64,000 nt of DNA from Gammaproteobacteria bacterium (lineage in GTDB: Bacteria > Pseudomonadota > Gammaproteobacteria > G965277405). This document shows, piece by piece, positions 10,448-22,869 of the stretch; within the stretch, counting starts at the first letter, position 1, and every line of letters starts with the position of its first letter. A program made the position numbers and the translations under genes. The stretch is taken from assembly GCA_965277405.1 (NCBI GenBank), contig OZ255726.1:1664001-1728000 (forward strand), given 5' to 3'. A model generated the notes under the pieces. That model did not search any database. It saw nothing but the letters and a program-made list of their open reading frames with translations, and was not told where the DNA came from.

Positions 10448-10507
10448 GAAACAGCCATAATTTGCAATACCATGCCAATGGATCGCGCTAGCGATTGTAA
10501 GGCGTGA

Positions 10508-10690
10508 GTATAACTTGGTAATAAATCAGCGGCAGCAGCGCGGCTGTGTTATGGGCGTTTGCGGTAGGCGGTTTCTGTGCAGAGCAGGTGGCTGCATAAT
10601 TAAATAAGTGTGGAATGCAAGAACAATAGCTGCGTACCCCTACCAATAGAGCGTGTAGAACAGTGATTCGCTGGTATAACTTGGTAATAA
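10508..10690 (+). repeat. 17-bp direct repeat pair upstream of comM
   Basis: gtataacttggtaataa at 10508-10524 and 10674-10690. Confidence 0.75.
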
Positions 10691-10710
10691 TAGTGGTTTT
10701 GTGAGTTGCT

Positions 10711-12210
10711 ATGGTGTTGGGTTTTGTGTATTCGCGCACCAATCATGGAATTAGTGCTCCGCTGGTGCGGGTGGAAGCCTTTATTAGCAGCGGTCTGCCA
10801 CGTTTTGATATTGTGGGTCTGGCTGAAAAAGCAGTGCGGGAAAGCAGCGAGCGGGTGCGGTGTGCTTTACATAGCAGTGGATTTATTTTCCCCAGCGATA
10901 GCAGGATTACCATTAATTTATCTCCAGCAGATTTGCCAAAACATGGTGGGCGGTTTGATTTGGCTATTGCCTTGAGCATATTGTTGGCAACCGATCAAGC
11001 TGTCCTCAATGGTGAATTTGAGTTTTTTGGTGAGCTGGGTTTTGATGGCAGTATTCGGGCGGTACGCGGTTGCTTGCCAGCTGCGCTCGAGTGTTTTGGT
11101 GCCAAGCGGATTATTGTTGCACCCCATGCAAATATAGCAGAAATACAAGTAATCGAAGGGCTGCGGTATGTCAGTGTGCCAATGTTAGCTGAATTGGTAC
11201 CATTATTGAATGCCACGAATGCCAAGATTTGCAACCCGCGCTATATACCGCCAGCATATCAAAGTGATTTGGCAGAAATAAAAGGTCAACAGTATGCCAA
11301 ACGGGCATTAGAAGTTGCCGCAAGTGGTGGGCATCATGCGTTGATGGTCGGTGCGCCTGGCTGCGGTAAAACAATGTTGGCGCAACGCTTGCCAAGCATT
11401 TTACCACCGTTAACAATGCAAGAAAAAATTACCACTGGCTGTGTGTATTCGGTGGTTGGAGAAGCGTTTGATTGGTCGAGCATTCAACGTCCGTTTCGTG
11501 GGCCACACCATAGTGCATCGAGCGCAGCGTTGGTCGGTGGCACCAGTCAGGCAACGCCAGGTGAAATAAGTCTTGCGCACAATGGGGTGTTGTTTTTGGA
11601 TGAGGCGACTGAATACCCGCGCAAAGTACTCGATTCCTTGCGTGAGCCTTTAGAGTCTGGAGAAATTGTAATTGCTCGGGCGCATGCCAAAGTTAAATAT
11701 CCTGCACGGTTTCAGTTTATCGCGGCAATGAATCCGTGTCCATGTGGTTATTTGGGAACACCGAAGGCCTGCTGTCGCTGCAGTGACCAATCAATTGATG
11801 CGTTTCGTAACCGTTTATCTGCTCCGCTGTTGGACAGAATAGATATACAAATAGAAGTCGTGGCAACCAAGCCTGCAGATATTGTGCAAGGGACTATAGT
11901 TGAAGAAAGCAGCGCGGTTGTGCGTGAACGGGTATTGCGGTGTTGGCAATTGCAACAGCAACGCCAAGGTGTTGTGAACGCACAGATGTCTGTGAGCCAA
12001 CTTGAACAACACTGCAAGCTTGATTTAGACAACCAACAGTTGTTGATCAAAGCGATGGAGGCGTTTTCATTATCAACCAGAGGCTACAGCCGCATTGTGC
12101 GGGTGGCACGCACCATCGCCGATATGGCGGGCTTAGCAGCCATTAGCAAGCCACAATTGATTGAAGCGATGCAATATCGTAGGTTTGATACGAATACTGC
12201 TCGTATGTGA
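10711..12210 (+). CDS. comM: YifB/ComM Mg-chelatase-like AAA+ ATPase
   Basis: GLPRFDIVGL, NLSPADLPKHGGRFDLAIA, GAPGCGKT, PFRGPHHSAS, LAHNGVLFLDE, AAMNPCPCG. Confidence 0.93.
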   Translation: MVLGFVYSRTNHGISAPLVRVEAFISSGLPRFDIVGLAEKAVRESSERVRCALHSSGFIFPSDSRITINLSPADLPKHGGRFDLAIALSILLATDQAVLNGEFEFFGELGFDGSIRAVRGCLPAALECFGAKRIIVAPHANIAEIQVIEGLRYVSVPMLAELVPLLNATNAKICNPRYIPPAYQSDLAEIKGQQYAKRALEVAASGGHHALMVGAPGCGKTMLAQRLPSILPPLTMQEKITTGCVYSVVGEAFDWSSIQRPFRGPHHSASSAALVGGTSQATPGEISLAHNGVLFLDEATEYPRKVLDSLREPLESGEIVIARAHAKVKYPARFQFIAAMNPCPCGYLGTPKACCRCSDQSIDAFRNRLSAPLLDRIDIQIEVVATKPADIVQGTIVEESSAVVRERVLRCWQLQQQRQGVVNAQMSVSQLEQHCKLDLDNQQLLIKAMEAFSLSTRGYSRIVRVARTIADMAGLAAISKPQLIEAMQYRRFDTNTARM

Positions 12211-12328
12211 AACAAGCGCGGATTACTATTGCGGCTGTTGTGTGCAGCACATGTATGAAATATACGAAAAAACAATATGGGTGTTGTGCTAGAAATACGT
12301 TTGGCTATGATGCGCAACGTGAATAATT

Positions 12329-12841
12329 ATGATTAAGTTTTTGGTATACGCTGTTGTCTACATGCTGATTGCGCGGCTGTGGTTGCAGCTAGCACGAGCT
12401 GATTACTATAACAGTGTTGCCCAATGGATTATCCGCTTGACGCGGCCTGTTGATATATTACAGCGGCTAATACCAAACGTTGCCAATATCAATCTTGCGG
12501 CAATAGTAGCAGCGTATAGCGTTGGGCTGGTTTTTTTGTATGCCAGTGGTGTGACTGACCCTAAAACATTGCTGCTATTCCCACTATTTCAAACAATCCA
12601 GTTATTGTGTAATTTTCTGATTTATCTCACATTGGCATCAGTCGTTATCAGTTGGGTCGCACAGGGCAGTGACCATGATGCTGTGGTTATTATTCGTCAA
12701 GCCAGCGAACCACTGTTGGGCTTGATTCGTTCTATATTGCCGTCATTCGGTGGCTTAGATTTTTCGCCAGTTGTTGTGATGTTTGGTCTGAGTTTTCTGA
12801 AAAGCGGCTTGGACAACTTGTTGTTTCAGTTGCTTGCGTAA
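12329..12841 (+). CDS. yggT: YggT family membrane protein
   Basis: RADYYNSVAQWI..T.P and EPLL..IR..LPSFGGLDFSP motifs. Confidence 0.85.
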   Translation: MIKFLVYAVVYMLIARLWLQLARADYYNSVAQWIIRLTRPVDILQRLIPNVANINLAAIVAAYSVGLVFLYASGVTDPKTLLLFPLFQTIQLLCNFLIYLTLASVVISWVAQGSDHDAVVIIRQASEPLLGLIRSILPSFGGLDFSPVVVMFGLSFLKSGLDNLLFQLLA

Positions 12842-13023
12842 TGTTCTGGCTTGCCGTGATTGGCGCTGTTTTGGTGTTTGAAAGCATGATGCCATTGGCA
12901 TTCCCGCGCCAATGGCTGCGGACGCTGCTGGCGCTGATGTCGACCCCCATTGTAAAACTACGGCTGTATGCAGGAATCGTTTTTATTGCAGGGTTGGCTT
13001 TGATGTGGCTGGCAACGCAGTAG
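12841..13023 (+). CDS. DUF2065 (YjeT-like) small membrane protein
   Basis: LVFESMMPLAFPRQW...LRLYAG pattern; usual position upstream of hisZ-purA. Confidence 0.75.
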   Translation: MFWLAVIGAVLVFESMMPLAFPRQWLRTLLALMSTPIVKLRLYAGIVFIAGLALMWLATQ

Positions 13024-13032
13024 CAGATAACA

Positions 13033-15497
<2,465 letters not shown>

Positions 15498-15498
15498 T

Positions 15499-16597
15499 AT
15501 GGAAATGGAACGCAATCAAATCAACAATGAAATAAAAAATCGTTTGGCGCAAGTACACGCGCTGCGGAGGTATCTTTGACTACGATGCCAAACTGCAACG
15601 CTTGACGGAACTCAAAGATTTATTGAGCAATCAATCCTTGTGGCAGGACCGACAACGCGCACAACAACTCAGCAAAGAGGAAGCACACATTGATCGAGTC
15701 ATTACCCCGATCAATCAAGCCTTGCAACAGCTCGACGCGCTCGACGAGTTGTTGGAAATGGCGTGCATGGAAAATGACGATGCAGTTATTGCAGATGTTG
15801 TTGCGGATTTGCAAGGCGTGGGCAAAACTATTGATGATTTAGAGTTTCAGCGGATGTTCAATAATCCACATGACCCAGCCAATGCGTATATCGACATCCA
15901 AGCAGGATCTGGGGGCACCGAAGCGCAGGATTGGGCAAATATGTTGTTGCGGATGTATTTGCGCTGGGCGGAGTCGCATCAGTTTAAAACAGAAATGCTC
16001 GATTATTCACACGGCGATGTAGCTGGCATTAAAAACGCAACAATTTTGGTGAGCGGGTCGTACGCGTTTGGTTGGGCACGCACAGAAACAGGGGTCCATC
16101 GCTTGGTGCGCAAATCACCATTTGATTCAAACAGCAAACGCCATACTTCATTTGCCTCGGTATTTGTCTCACCAGAAATTAACGATGATATTGAAATCGA
16201 TGTCAACCCAGCAGATTTGCGGGTCGATACTTATCGCTCCAGCGGTGCAGGTGGGCAGCATGTCAACACCACAGATTCTGCGGTGCGGATTACCCATCTG
16301 CCAACGGCAACGGTTGTCCAATGCCAAAACCAGCGCTCACAGCATCAAAACCGTGATAAAGCGATGCAGCAGTTGCGCGCCAAGTTGTATGAAATTGAAA
16401 TGCTAAAACAACGCGCGGAGCGCGATGAGGTAGAAGCCAATAAATCTGACATTGGTTGGGGCAGCCAAATTCGTTCATATGTCCTTGATGATGCGCGGAT
16501 TAAAGACTTGCGCACGGGGCATGAAACAGGCAATACTCAAGCGGTATTGAATGGTGATATTGACGCTTTTCTTATTGAAAGTCTGCGGACTTTATAA
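15499..16597 (+). CDS. prfB: Peptide chain release factor 2, with +1 programmed frameshift
   Basis: A short upstream frame from ATG 15499 ends CGG AGG TAT CTT TGA C; the +1 frame continues into RF2 ([20 protein letters not shown]). Confidence 0.96.
15566..15580 (+). promoter_or_regulatory. prfB autoregulatory frameshift site
   Basis: Internal SD-like GGAGG followed by TAT CTT TGA C, the canonical slippery site. Confidence 0.93.
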
Positions 16598-17244
16598 TGG
16601 CGCAGCAGCAACGTATCATCCCATCCCATGCTGGATTAGCGCTTGAACTTAGGCATGATGATTTTGGTATGCATCCACGTGCCATGGTTGTTTGTCATCC
16701 GCTGCCTACTGCAGGCGGTTCCATGGATAATAAAGTTGTCACGACAGTCCAGCGAGCCGCCCAATTGTGTGACATGCCGTGTGTGCGCTTTAATTTTCGA
16801 GGTGTTGGCAACAGTACCGGCACCTTTGATAATGGCGTTGGAGAAACCACAGATTTGCAGTCAACTGTAGCTTGGCTTGCCAACAACAGCAGCGTTGCAT
16901 CAATCCTGCTGGCGGGATTCTCGTTTGGAGCTGCAGTAGCGCTGCGCGGTGTTGAGATGCTGGCGCTACCTGTCTGGCACTTGTTGCTAGTCGCTCCGCC
17001 AATAGGAGTCAAAGAATATGTGTTTACTGAGCAATTGACTGTTCCAGCAACAATTATTCAAGGTGATGCTGATGAAATTGTTGATGCGAATAATGTGTTT
17101 AAATGGTCGCAACGTTGCGTGCCAGCGCCACAGGTTGTGCGGATGGTTGGTGCGAGTCATTTTTTTCATAGACGCTTGGTTGAGTTGCGCCAGCATGTGA
17201 TAGATGAGGTGCTGCGACCTGCTCAGAAAACTCTGACTAAGTAG
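16597..17244 (+). CDS. Alpha/beta-fold hydrolase (COG2945-like)
   Basis: CHPLP..GGSMDNKVV, RFNFRGVG.S.G.FD.G.GE, GFSFG nucleophile elbow, QGDADEIV, HFF. Confidence 0.88.
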   Translation: MAQQQRIIPSHAGLALELRHDDFGMHPRAMVVCHPLPTAGGSMDNKVVTTVQRAAQLCDMPCVRFNFRGVGNSTGTFDNGVGETTDLQSTVAWLANNSSVASILLAGFSFGAAVALRGVEMLALPVWHLLLVAPPIGVKEYVFTEQLTVPATIIQGDADEIVDANNVFKWSQRCVPAPQVVRMVGASHFFHRRLVELRQHVIDEVLRPAQKTLTK

Positions 17245-17290
17245 CCGATGAAGTGAGTTTGTTAGCAGATGCTGTTGTTGATGCCCGCAC
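17226..17290 (-). mobile_element. Old, diverged MITE right end overlapping the hydrolase stop
   Basis: gaaaactctgactaagtagccgatgaagtgagttttgttagcagatgctg aligns with ggaagctctgattaagtcgctgatggagcgagtttgcctgcaattgctg. Confidence 0.65.
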
Positions 17291-17446
17291 CATCACGAAC
17301 ACTTCTTTATGGTAATTGTGCGCGTGGAGTTTTGCAGCGATAGCGTTTGAAATTTGCAGTATTCATCGATATAATTCCTAGCAAACAGGTGTTGTTCTTG
17401 CTGGTAACATGTATTATTCGCAATATTTTACATTTAAATTGGAGTT

Positions 17447-18037
17447 ATGGGCATTATGTATACTAATAGAATTGCTTCACAGGTATTGATTGTCGGTAGT
17501 GTTTTGCTGGCGGGCTGTTCATCTTCCCCTACCGTTCCCACGCAGGAAAAATGCGTGTTTCCAGACGCTGCGGGTGGTGATGCTCCACTGTGGGTGTGTC
17601 ATGAGCGTCTTGATGGTGGCCCAAAATTTCAAGCAATGGGAAGTTCACGACTAGGAGGAAACCGTTCACTAGCTGAGTCAAAAGCAACGGCTGTTGCACA
17701 GGTTAAATTGGCGCGGCGGATGAACAGCTCCATAAAAAACATGCTTGAAGGCTATGCCGCTGAAGTGGTATCAACCGATGGCGATGTTATCAACACAGAT
17801 AGCTTTGAAGAAACAACTCGGATTACAGTGAAGCAAAATATTATCGGCAGCCACATTATTCGAAAAGTGGTTAGTTCTAGCGGAGACGAACTGTATGTAC
17901 TGATGGTAATGAATCCTGCTGATGTTAAGGAGGTGGTAGGCGAAGTTATCGATGTACTGGAACAGGAAAATAATCTGTTAAAGGGTAAGATGAACCTAGG
18001 CAATGCAATGAAACGCCTCGATGAGAAGGTGCAATAG
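17447..18037 (+). CDS. LPP20-like lipoprotein
   Basis: Lipobox LLAGC; C.FPD...APLWVC; MGSS....LAESKATAVAQVKLA; terminal LYVLM strand; GGAG SD. Confidence 0.75.
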   Translation: MGIMYTNRIASQVLIVGSVLLAGCSSSPTVPTQEKCVFPDAAGGDAPLWVCHERLDGGPKFQAMGSSRLGGNRSLAESKATAVAQVKLARRMNSSIKNMLEGYAAEVVSTDGDVINTDSFEETTRITVKQNIIGSHIIRKVVSSSGDELYVLMVMNPADVKEVVGEVIDVLEQENNLLKGKMNLGNAMKRLDEKVQ

Positions 18038-18040
18038 GTC

Positions 18041-18111
18041 GTTAGTGCCTGCATAGTCGTTAGCGTCCGCATAGTTAGCGCCCACATATATTATATTAGC
18101 GTCCACATATA
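18041..18111 (+). repeat. Four imperfect tandem copies of TTAGCGYCCRCATA
   Basis: gttagtgcctgcata, gttagcgtccgcata, gttagcgcccacata and ttagcgtccacata in an 83-bp intergenic gap. Confidence 0.7.
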
Positions 18112-18120
18112 AATGCCGCC

Positions 18121-18498
18121 ATGCGCCATTGTTTGTTGTTTGCTTTGGTATTGCTTCTTCCATCTTGCACACTATTTCAACCGCATCCTCCTGAATGGAT
18201 GAACAATCCACCAGCAAACAGCGGAGTTGGCATTGCTGGACCGAACATAGGCGGCATTCCCGCACAAATCAGCTTAGCAACCCACCGAGCCAGTATTGAT
18301 TATGCAAAAAGGAAAGGGTATCTGGTTGAATCATCAACTCTGGTTCGCGCTGGTGCTGATGGGAAGATTGAATGGGAAGAGCTAGAGGAGAATAGCAACG
18401 GGACTATGGAGGCAACTAAAGTGCAGGTAGAAGTGCGAGAACGTTGGTACGATGGGCATACCAACTACTATGTTCTGGTTACGGCAGTGGATGAGTGA
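18121..18498 (+). CDS. Small lipoprotein, LPP20-like
   Basis: Lipobox LLPSC; PEWMNNPP..GVGIA...Q..LA..RA; terminal YYVLV strand. Confidence 0.7.
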   Translation: MRHCLLFALVLLLPSCTLFQPHPPEWMNNPPANSGVGIAGPNIGGIPAQISLATHRASIDYAKRKGYLVESSTLVRAGADGKIEWEELEENSNGTMEATKVQVEVRERWYDGHTNYYVLVTAVDE

Positions 18499-18825
18499 TG
18501 GGGTTTTAGTTGGTATTCTAACCATTCATCCAATATTGATTGTTTGTAGGTTTGATTCAGCATTCTGGCAACGTGTGTTGCAACGAAAAATGCAAGTGAT
18601 GAGTGATATTCACCAGTTTAAACGCCCAGCTAATAAGGAATCGCTGATTAAGCAGATGATTGGCATATGTCGTGTAAACCACTGCCAACGTTGTCAAACT
18701 ATTGAAATATACTGAATGTTTTCGTACACTTGTCTGTGATTTTTGCTGTCTTTGCTCTAGCATAGTCTCTATAGCGTAACAATTGTGCAGATTGATCAAT
18801 ACAACGCCACAGGAGGGGGACGTTC

Positions 18826-21702
18826 ATGCGAAACACCACACTCAGTACAACAGTAACTAGATTTGCCGTGTTCGTCAGTTGTATCCTGTTAGCCGTAGGC
18901 TGCGCTACACAGCAGGCTACACAGCACAAGCCACAGCAGGCTAGTCAACAGCACCAGCTACAGCAGGCAAAAAAACAGCACCAGCTACAGCAAGCTCAAC
19001 AGCACCAGCCCAACGCAGAGTTGCGGAACGCCACCAGAGTGGCGTTCAAGGAGCGAATCCGTGTTATTAAGCTGTTGCGCACCATTAATGGGCATAGTAA
19101 CCATGTATACTCAGTCGCCTTCAGTCCAGATGGTAAGACCCTCGCCAGCGGATCTCGCGATGGTATTCTCAAACTCTGGAATCCGCGCAGCGGTAAGTTG
19201 TTGCGCTCCATGAATGGGCATAATAGTGACATGGTAACGTCAGTCGCCTTTAGTCCAGATGGTCAGACCTTCGCCAGCGGATCTGGGGATAATACTATCA
19301 AACTCTGGAATCCGCGCAGCGGCAAGCTGTTGCGCACCATTAATGGGCATAGTGACCATGTAGACTCAGTCGCCTTCAGTCCAGATGGTAAGACCCTCGC
19401 CAGCGGATCTCGCGATGGTATTCTCAAACTCTGGAATCCGCGCAGCGGTAAGTTGTTGCGCTCCATTAATGGGCATAATAGTTACATGGTAACGTCAGTC
19501 GCCTTTAGTCCAGATGGTAAGACCCTCGCCAGCGGATCTCGCGATGGTATTCTCAAACTCTGGAATACGCGCAGCGGCAAGTTATTGCGCACCCTGAATG
19601 GGCATAGTGACCATCTATACTCAGTCGCCTTCAGTCCAGATGGTAAGACCCTCGCCAGCGGATCTCGCGATGGTATTCTCAAACTCTGGAATCCGCGCAG
19701 CGGTAAGTTGTTGCGCACCATGAATGGGCATAATAGTCACATGGTAACGTCAATCGCCTTTAGTCCAGATGGTAAGACCCTCGCCAGCGGATCTGGGGAT
19801 AATACTATCAAACTCTGGAATCCGCGCAGCGGTAAGTTGTTGGGCACCACTAAAGTGCAGAGTAACGATGTATTTTCAGTCGCCTTCAGTCCAGCTGGAA
19901 CCCTCGCCAGCGGATCTACTGATAATACTATCAAACTCTGGCAATTACCACCGAGGCTAGATGCCAATGACTTGAATAATGACTGGAATAAGTTTGTCGT
20001 CAGTTGGAATCGTGGCGACGCAGGGCTAATAGAATTGTACCAGCTACAACGCAAATACCCAGAGGATGCCGTCATAGGCGATGCATACGTCAAAGCGAGT
20101 GTCGCTAGCCCCTACGAAAGTGGCCGAGTTGCTGTTTATTTGCACCGGCGGCAGCTTGACAGCACTAGCTGGCGGACAACTACCGCCTTTATCCAACAAC
20201 TGGCTTCTGACTGGCTCAACCTTAAGGAAATAATCAAACCAGCGAAAATCATAATGCCTACGTTACCGCCAGCTGTAGAGCTGACACAGGAAAATTGGGA
20301 AGGGGATAGTGAATTCGAAACTCGAGTTGCTCAGCTGAACAAGGCGCGTCAAGCGCGGATAAACCAACTTCAAGCAGACTACAGACACAAGGTCGAAGTG
20401 CGCAACAGCAAAGTTAGCAAGCTTGAACGCCTACAACAGCAACGCCATAATCAACTAGCAAGCTATGTACAAGGCATACTTGATTATAGCCTTGAAACGC
20501 AGCCGCCAGCACTAGACAAAGTAATAATCAACCAACAAACACTTGATCTTTATGCTGATCTGGTGTTCAAAGGAACCCTTGTTGGTCGCTATAAACTGGC
20601 GCAGGCGCCACTGAAGCTGCGCAAACAGGCTATGACTAACAGCAAAAGTGTGAAAGTTCTACCAAATATTGAGTTAAGCGACACCAATGATTTTCGTGTA
20701 ACTTCAATCACTATCTTGCATGATGATCAAAGATGGCTAGCGCAGGCAAGCGAGCAGCAGCTACAACACACGAATACCCCTTTGGTTGCTACCATCGGCA
20801 ACGCCGGCGAAACGCGTGAACTGAGTAGTATCTCCCTACTGCAAAAGCAAAACCCCAACCTAGTCGATGTCAACTCAGTGGGGACGGTTCAGTACAAAGA
20901 CGGCACCACAGCACTCACCCGCTATCAAGACGATCTCACTCCGCTGGTGCAACAATTAGCCCAAGCACCAATAGACCAAAGCAAATGGCTGTTCGTCATC
21001 GGTGCAGAACGCTATCAGGAGACAGATAACATCCTTTTTGCCAGAAGAAGTGCCGAGAACTTTGCCCTCGCCGCCAAAAAATCACTTGGCATCGACGCTG
21101 GTCACACCATCACCCTCTACGACGAGCAGGCAACCAGTGGACAGATCAAAACCAAGCTCAAAAAGCTGCTGCGTGATGGCATTAGTTCAGGTGACAGCAT
21201 TATCATTTACTACAATGGTCACGGCTTGCCGGTCAGAGAACAGGACGATACCCCCTATATGCTGCCGACCGATATGATTCCCGACTTTGTCAGCGATGAG
21301 CCTTTTTTTAAACTTGAAAATATGTATGCTTTACTCGCTAAATCGAAAGCAGGCAACGCAATAGTGATAATGGACAGTTGCTTTACTGGCGGCGCGGACG
21401 GCAGGTCAGTCATCAAAGGTGTGGCAGCAGCGAGGCTATCACCAAAAAAACTTTTGATAGACAAGAGCAAACTCATCGTTATGACAGCAGGGACAGACAA
21501 GCAATACTCCACCGCCTTCAAAGACAAAGGCTACCGACTTTTTAGCTACTACCTGATTAAAAGGCTGGTAGCAAACAAACCGCAAACGGTTGAAGATTGG
21601 TTTGAATCGGTACAAAGTCAGGTCAAAACAACTTCGCGCCAAATAGGAGGCTCGCTCAGCTATCAGGATCCGCAGTTGCTGGGGAGCAATCAGCAGCTAT
21701 AG
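18826..21702 (+). CDS. Lipoprotein with Gln-rich linker, 7 WD40 repeats, coiled coil and C-terminal caspase-like (peptidase C14) domain
   Basis: Lipobox LAVGC; AGGAGG SD; seven GH...SVAFSPDG..LASGS.D...KLW units; C-terminal WLFVIG...Y, YYNGHG (catalytic His) and IMDSCFTG (catalytic Cys). Confidence 0.88.
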   Translation: MRNTTLSTTVTRFAVFVSCILLAVGCATQQATQHKPQQASQQHQLQQAKKQHQLQQAQQHQPNAELRNATRVAFKERIRVIKLLRTINGHSNHVYSVAFSPDGKTLASGSRDGILKLWNPRSGKLLRSMNGHNSDMVTSVAFSPDGQTFASGSGDNTIKLWNPRSGKLLRTINGHSDHVDSVAFSPDGKTLASGSRDGILKLWNPRSGKLLRSINGHNSYMVTSVAFSPDGKTLASGSRDGILKLWNTRSGKLLRTLNGHSDHLYSVAFSPDGKTLASGSRDGILKLWNPRSGKLLRTMNGHNSHMVTSIAFSPDGKTLASGSGDNTIKLWNPRSGKLLGTTKVQSNDVFSVAFSPAGTLASGSTDNTIKLWQLPPRLDANDLNNDWNKFVVSWNRGDAGLIELYQLQRKYPEDAVIGDAYVKASVASPYESGRVAVYLHRRQLDSTSWRTTTAFIQQLASDWLNLKEIIKPAKIIMPTLPPAVELTQENWEGDSEFETRVAQLNKARQARINQLQADYRHKVEVRNSKVSKLERLQQQRHNQLASYVQGILDYSLETQPPALDKVIINQQTLDLYADLVFKGTLVGRYKLAQAPLKLRKQAMTNSKSVKVLPNIELSDTNDFRVTSITILHDDQRWLAQASEQQLQHTNTPLVATIGNAGETRELSSISLLQKQNPNLVDVNSVGTVQYKDGTTALTRYQDDLTPLVQQLAQAPIDQSKWLFVIGAERYQETDNILFARRSAENFALAAKKSLGIDAGHTITLYDEQATSGQIKTKLKKLLRDGISSGDSIIIYYNGHGLPVREQDDTPYMLPTDMIPDFVSDEPFFKLENMYALLAKSKAGNAIVIMDSCFTGGADGRSVIKGVAAARLSPKKLLIDKSKLIVMTAGTDKQYSTAFKDKGYRLFSYYLIKRLVANKPQTVEDWFESVQSQVKTTSRQIGGSLSYQDPQLLGSNQQL
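19069..19941 (+). repeat. Near-identical tandem WD40-coding repeats (alternating 126/129 bp)
   Basis: Units start at 19069, 19195, 19324, 19450, 19579, 19705 and 19834 and share long identical DNA such as ccagatggtaagaccctcgccagcggatct. Confidence 0.95.
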
Positions 21703-21719
21703 CACAAGCCAGACAAAGC

Positions 21720-22772
21720 ATGCAATCTCCTTGGCAGTTTGTCTGTATGGCAATACTCCTAAGTTGTTGCGCCACAAACACACCAACCCTAGAATATCCG
21801 CAGTGGTACAAAAGATTACCGCAGCAGCAAGGGATAGTGATTGGCTATGGCTATGGTTTGACAAAACAAGAAGCTCGGTACAAGTCTTTTGATCATCTTC
21901 GTAACCAGCTGGGCGTCAGCGTACATTCCACTCAGGTTTTTTCTGAGTTTGAACGAATTACTAACATTGGCATTGATGAGTTCAGCGATACAAGGGCAGC
22001 AGAAGTAATTATTAATGCGGATATACACGGAGCCGTCCTGCGTAAGGCTGAGCAACGAGGCAGTTATTATTTCATCGCTTACAGCACTGATATCAGGTCG
22101 GTTCGGTCGCGTATTCTCGAAACCCCCAGTCTTTGTCAAGGAGCAAAGGCTGTCGGAATACACAGGCAGCAAAGCCTAACAGGTTTCAAGCCATTCGCAC
22201 CAATCACCCGAGATTTACAAGCAGATGGTTGCCCAGACAACTGGACTCTACAACGGCTGAATAATTCATGGTCTATTGAATTGGCGGGACACAGTTTCCA
22301 GCTACCGAATGAGCAACTATGGCGTCTTACCCTTGCTATAGACAAGACAGATGAACTTACACTGCTTGACGATAAACATCATGAACAGGAGAGTTTTCGT
22401 GCTGGTGAGCGTTATTTCGTTTCCTATAACAAACCAGTTAATAGCAACATGTACCTTTTTCTCGTTAACGAACTTGGTCAGGTTAATCTACTTGATCAAT
22501 CCGAGGCCAAACAGCTACGCCGTGAGCGCTGGTTGTACCCCAATCCCGATAAATACGCTGGTGGTTTGATCGCAGCACCGAACTCAAGTGGATCAATACA
22601 TAATGACTTAATAGTGGCAGCCGCTTGTCCTGAGACTATCCACTATCATTTTTCCTCCCTGACAAGTGCAAAACCTGACCTTGCCGATGAAAGACTGTAT
22701 GTTCTGGACCGATTGATCAAGGAAGTTGAGCATTGTTTGGTACATATGAGAAGCCTCAGGATAGTATTATAA
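21720..22772 (+). CDS. Lipoprotein with LPP20-like N-domain and DUF4384-like C-domain
   Basis: Lipobox LLSCC; PQWY...GYGYG.TKQEAR..S...L..QL.V.V.S; C-terminal FRAGERY.V......MYLFLVNE.GQV.LL...YPNP. Confidence 0.6.
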   Translation: MQSPWQFVCMAILLSCCATNTPTLEYPQWYKRLPQQQGIVIGYGYGLTKQEARYKSFDHLRNQLGVSVHSTQVFSEFERITNIGIDEFSDTRAAEVIINADIHGAVLRKAEQRGSYYFIAYSTDIRSVRSRILETPSLCQGAKAVGIHRQQSLTGFKPFAPITRDLQADGCPDNWTLQRLNNSWSIELAGHSFQLPNEQLWRLTLAIDKTDELTLLDDKHHEQESFRAGERYFVSYNKPVNSNMYLFLVNELGQVNLLDQSEAKQLRRERWLYPNPDKYAGGLIAAPNSSGSIHNDLIVAAACPETIHYHFSSLTSAKPDLADERLYVLDRLIKEVEHCLVHMRSLRIVL

Positions 22773-22869
22773 TGTTCAGGTGAAGCACTGAGTGTTGCGG
22801 TCGGATGTTATATGCAGATATGCTATGCTGGTCAACCCTGACCATTAGCCACATAACCATGAGAAAAAT

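Noticed and set aside
18452-18929. Short overlapping ORFs between the small lipoprotein and the WD40-caspase
   Set aside because: No recognisable motifs or good start signals; more likely a promoter region or decayed DNA.
19069-19941. Diversity-generating retroelement behind the AAC/GAC/TAC/CAC codon variation in the WD40 units
   Set aside because: No reverse transcriptase or separate template repeat in the window; differences are not confined to adenines; tandem-repeat recombination explains the pattern.
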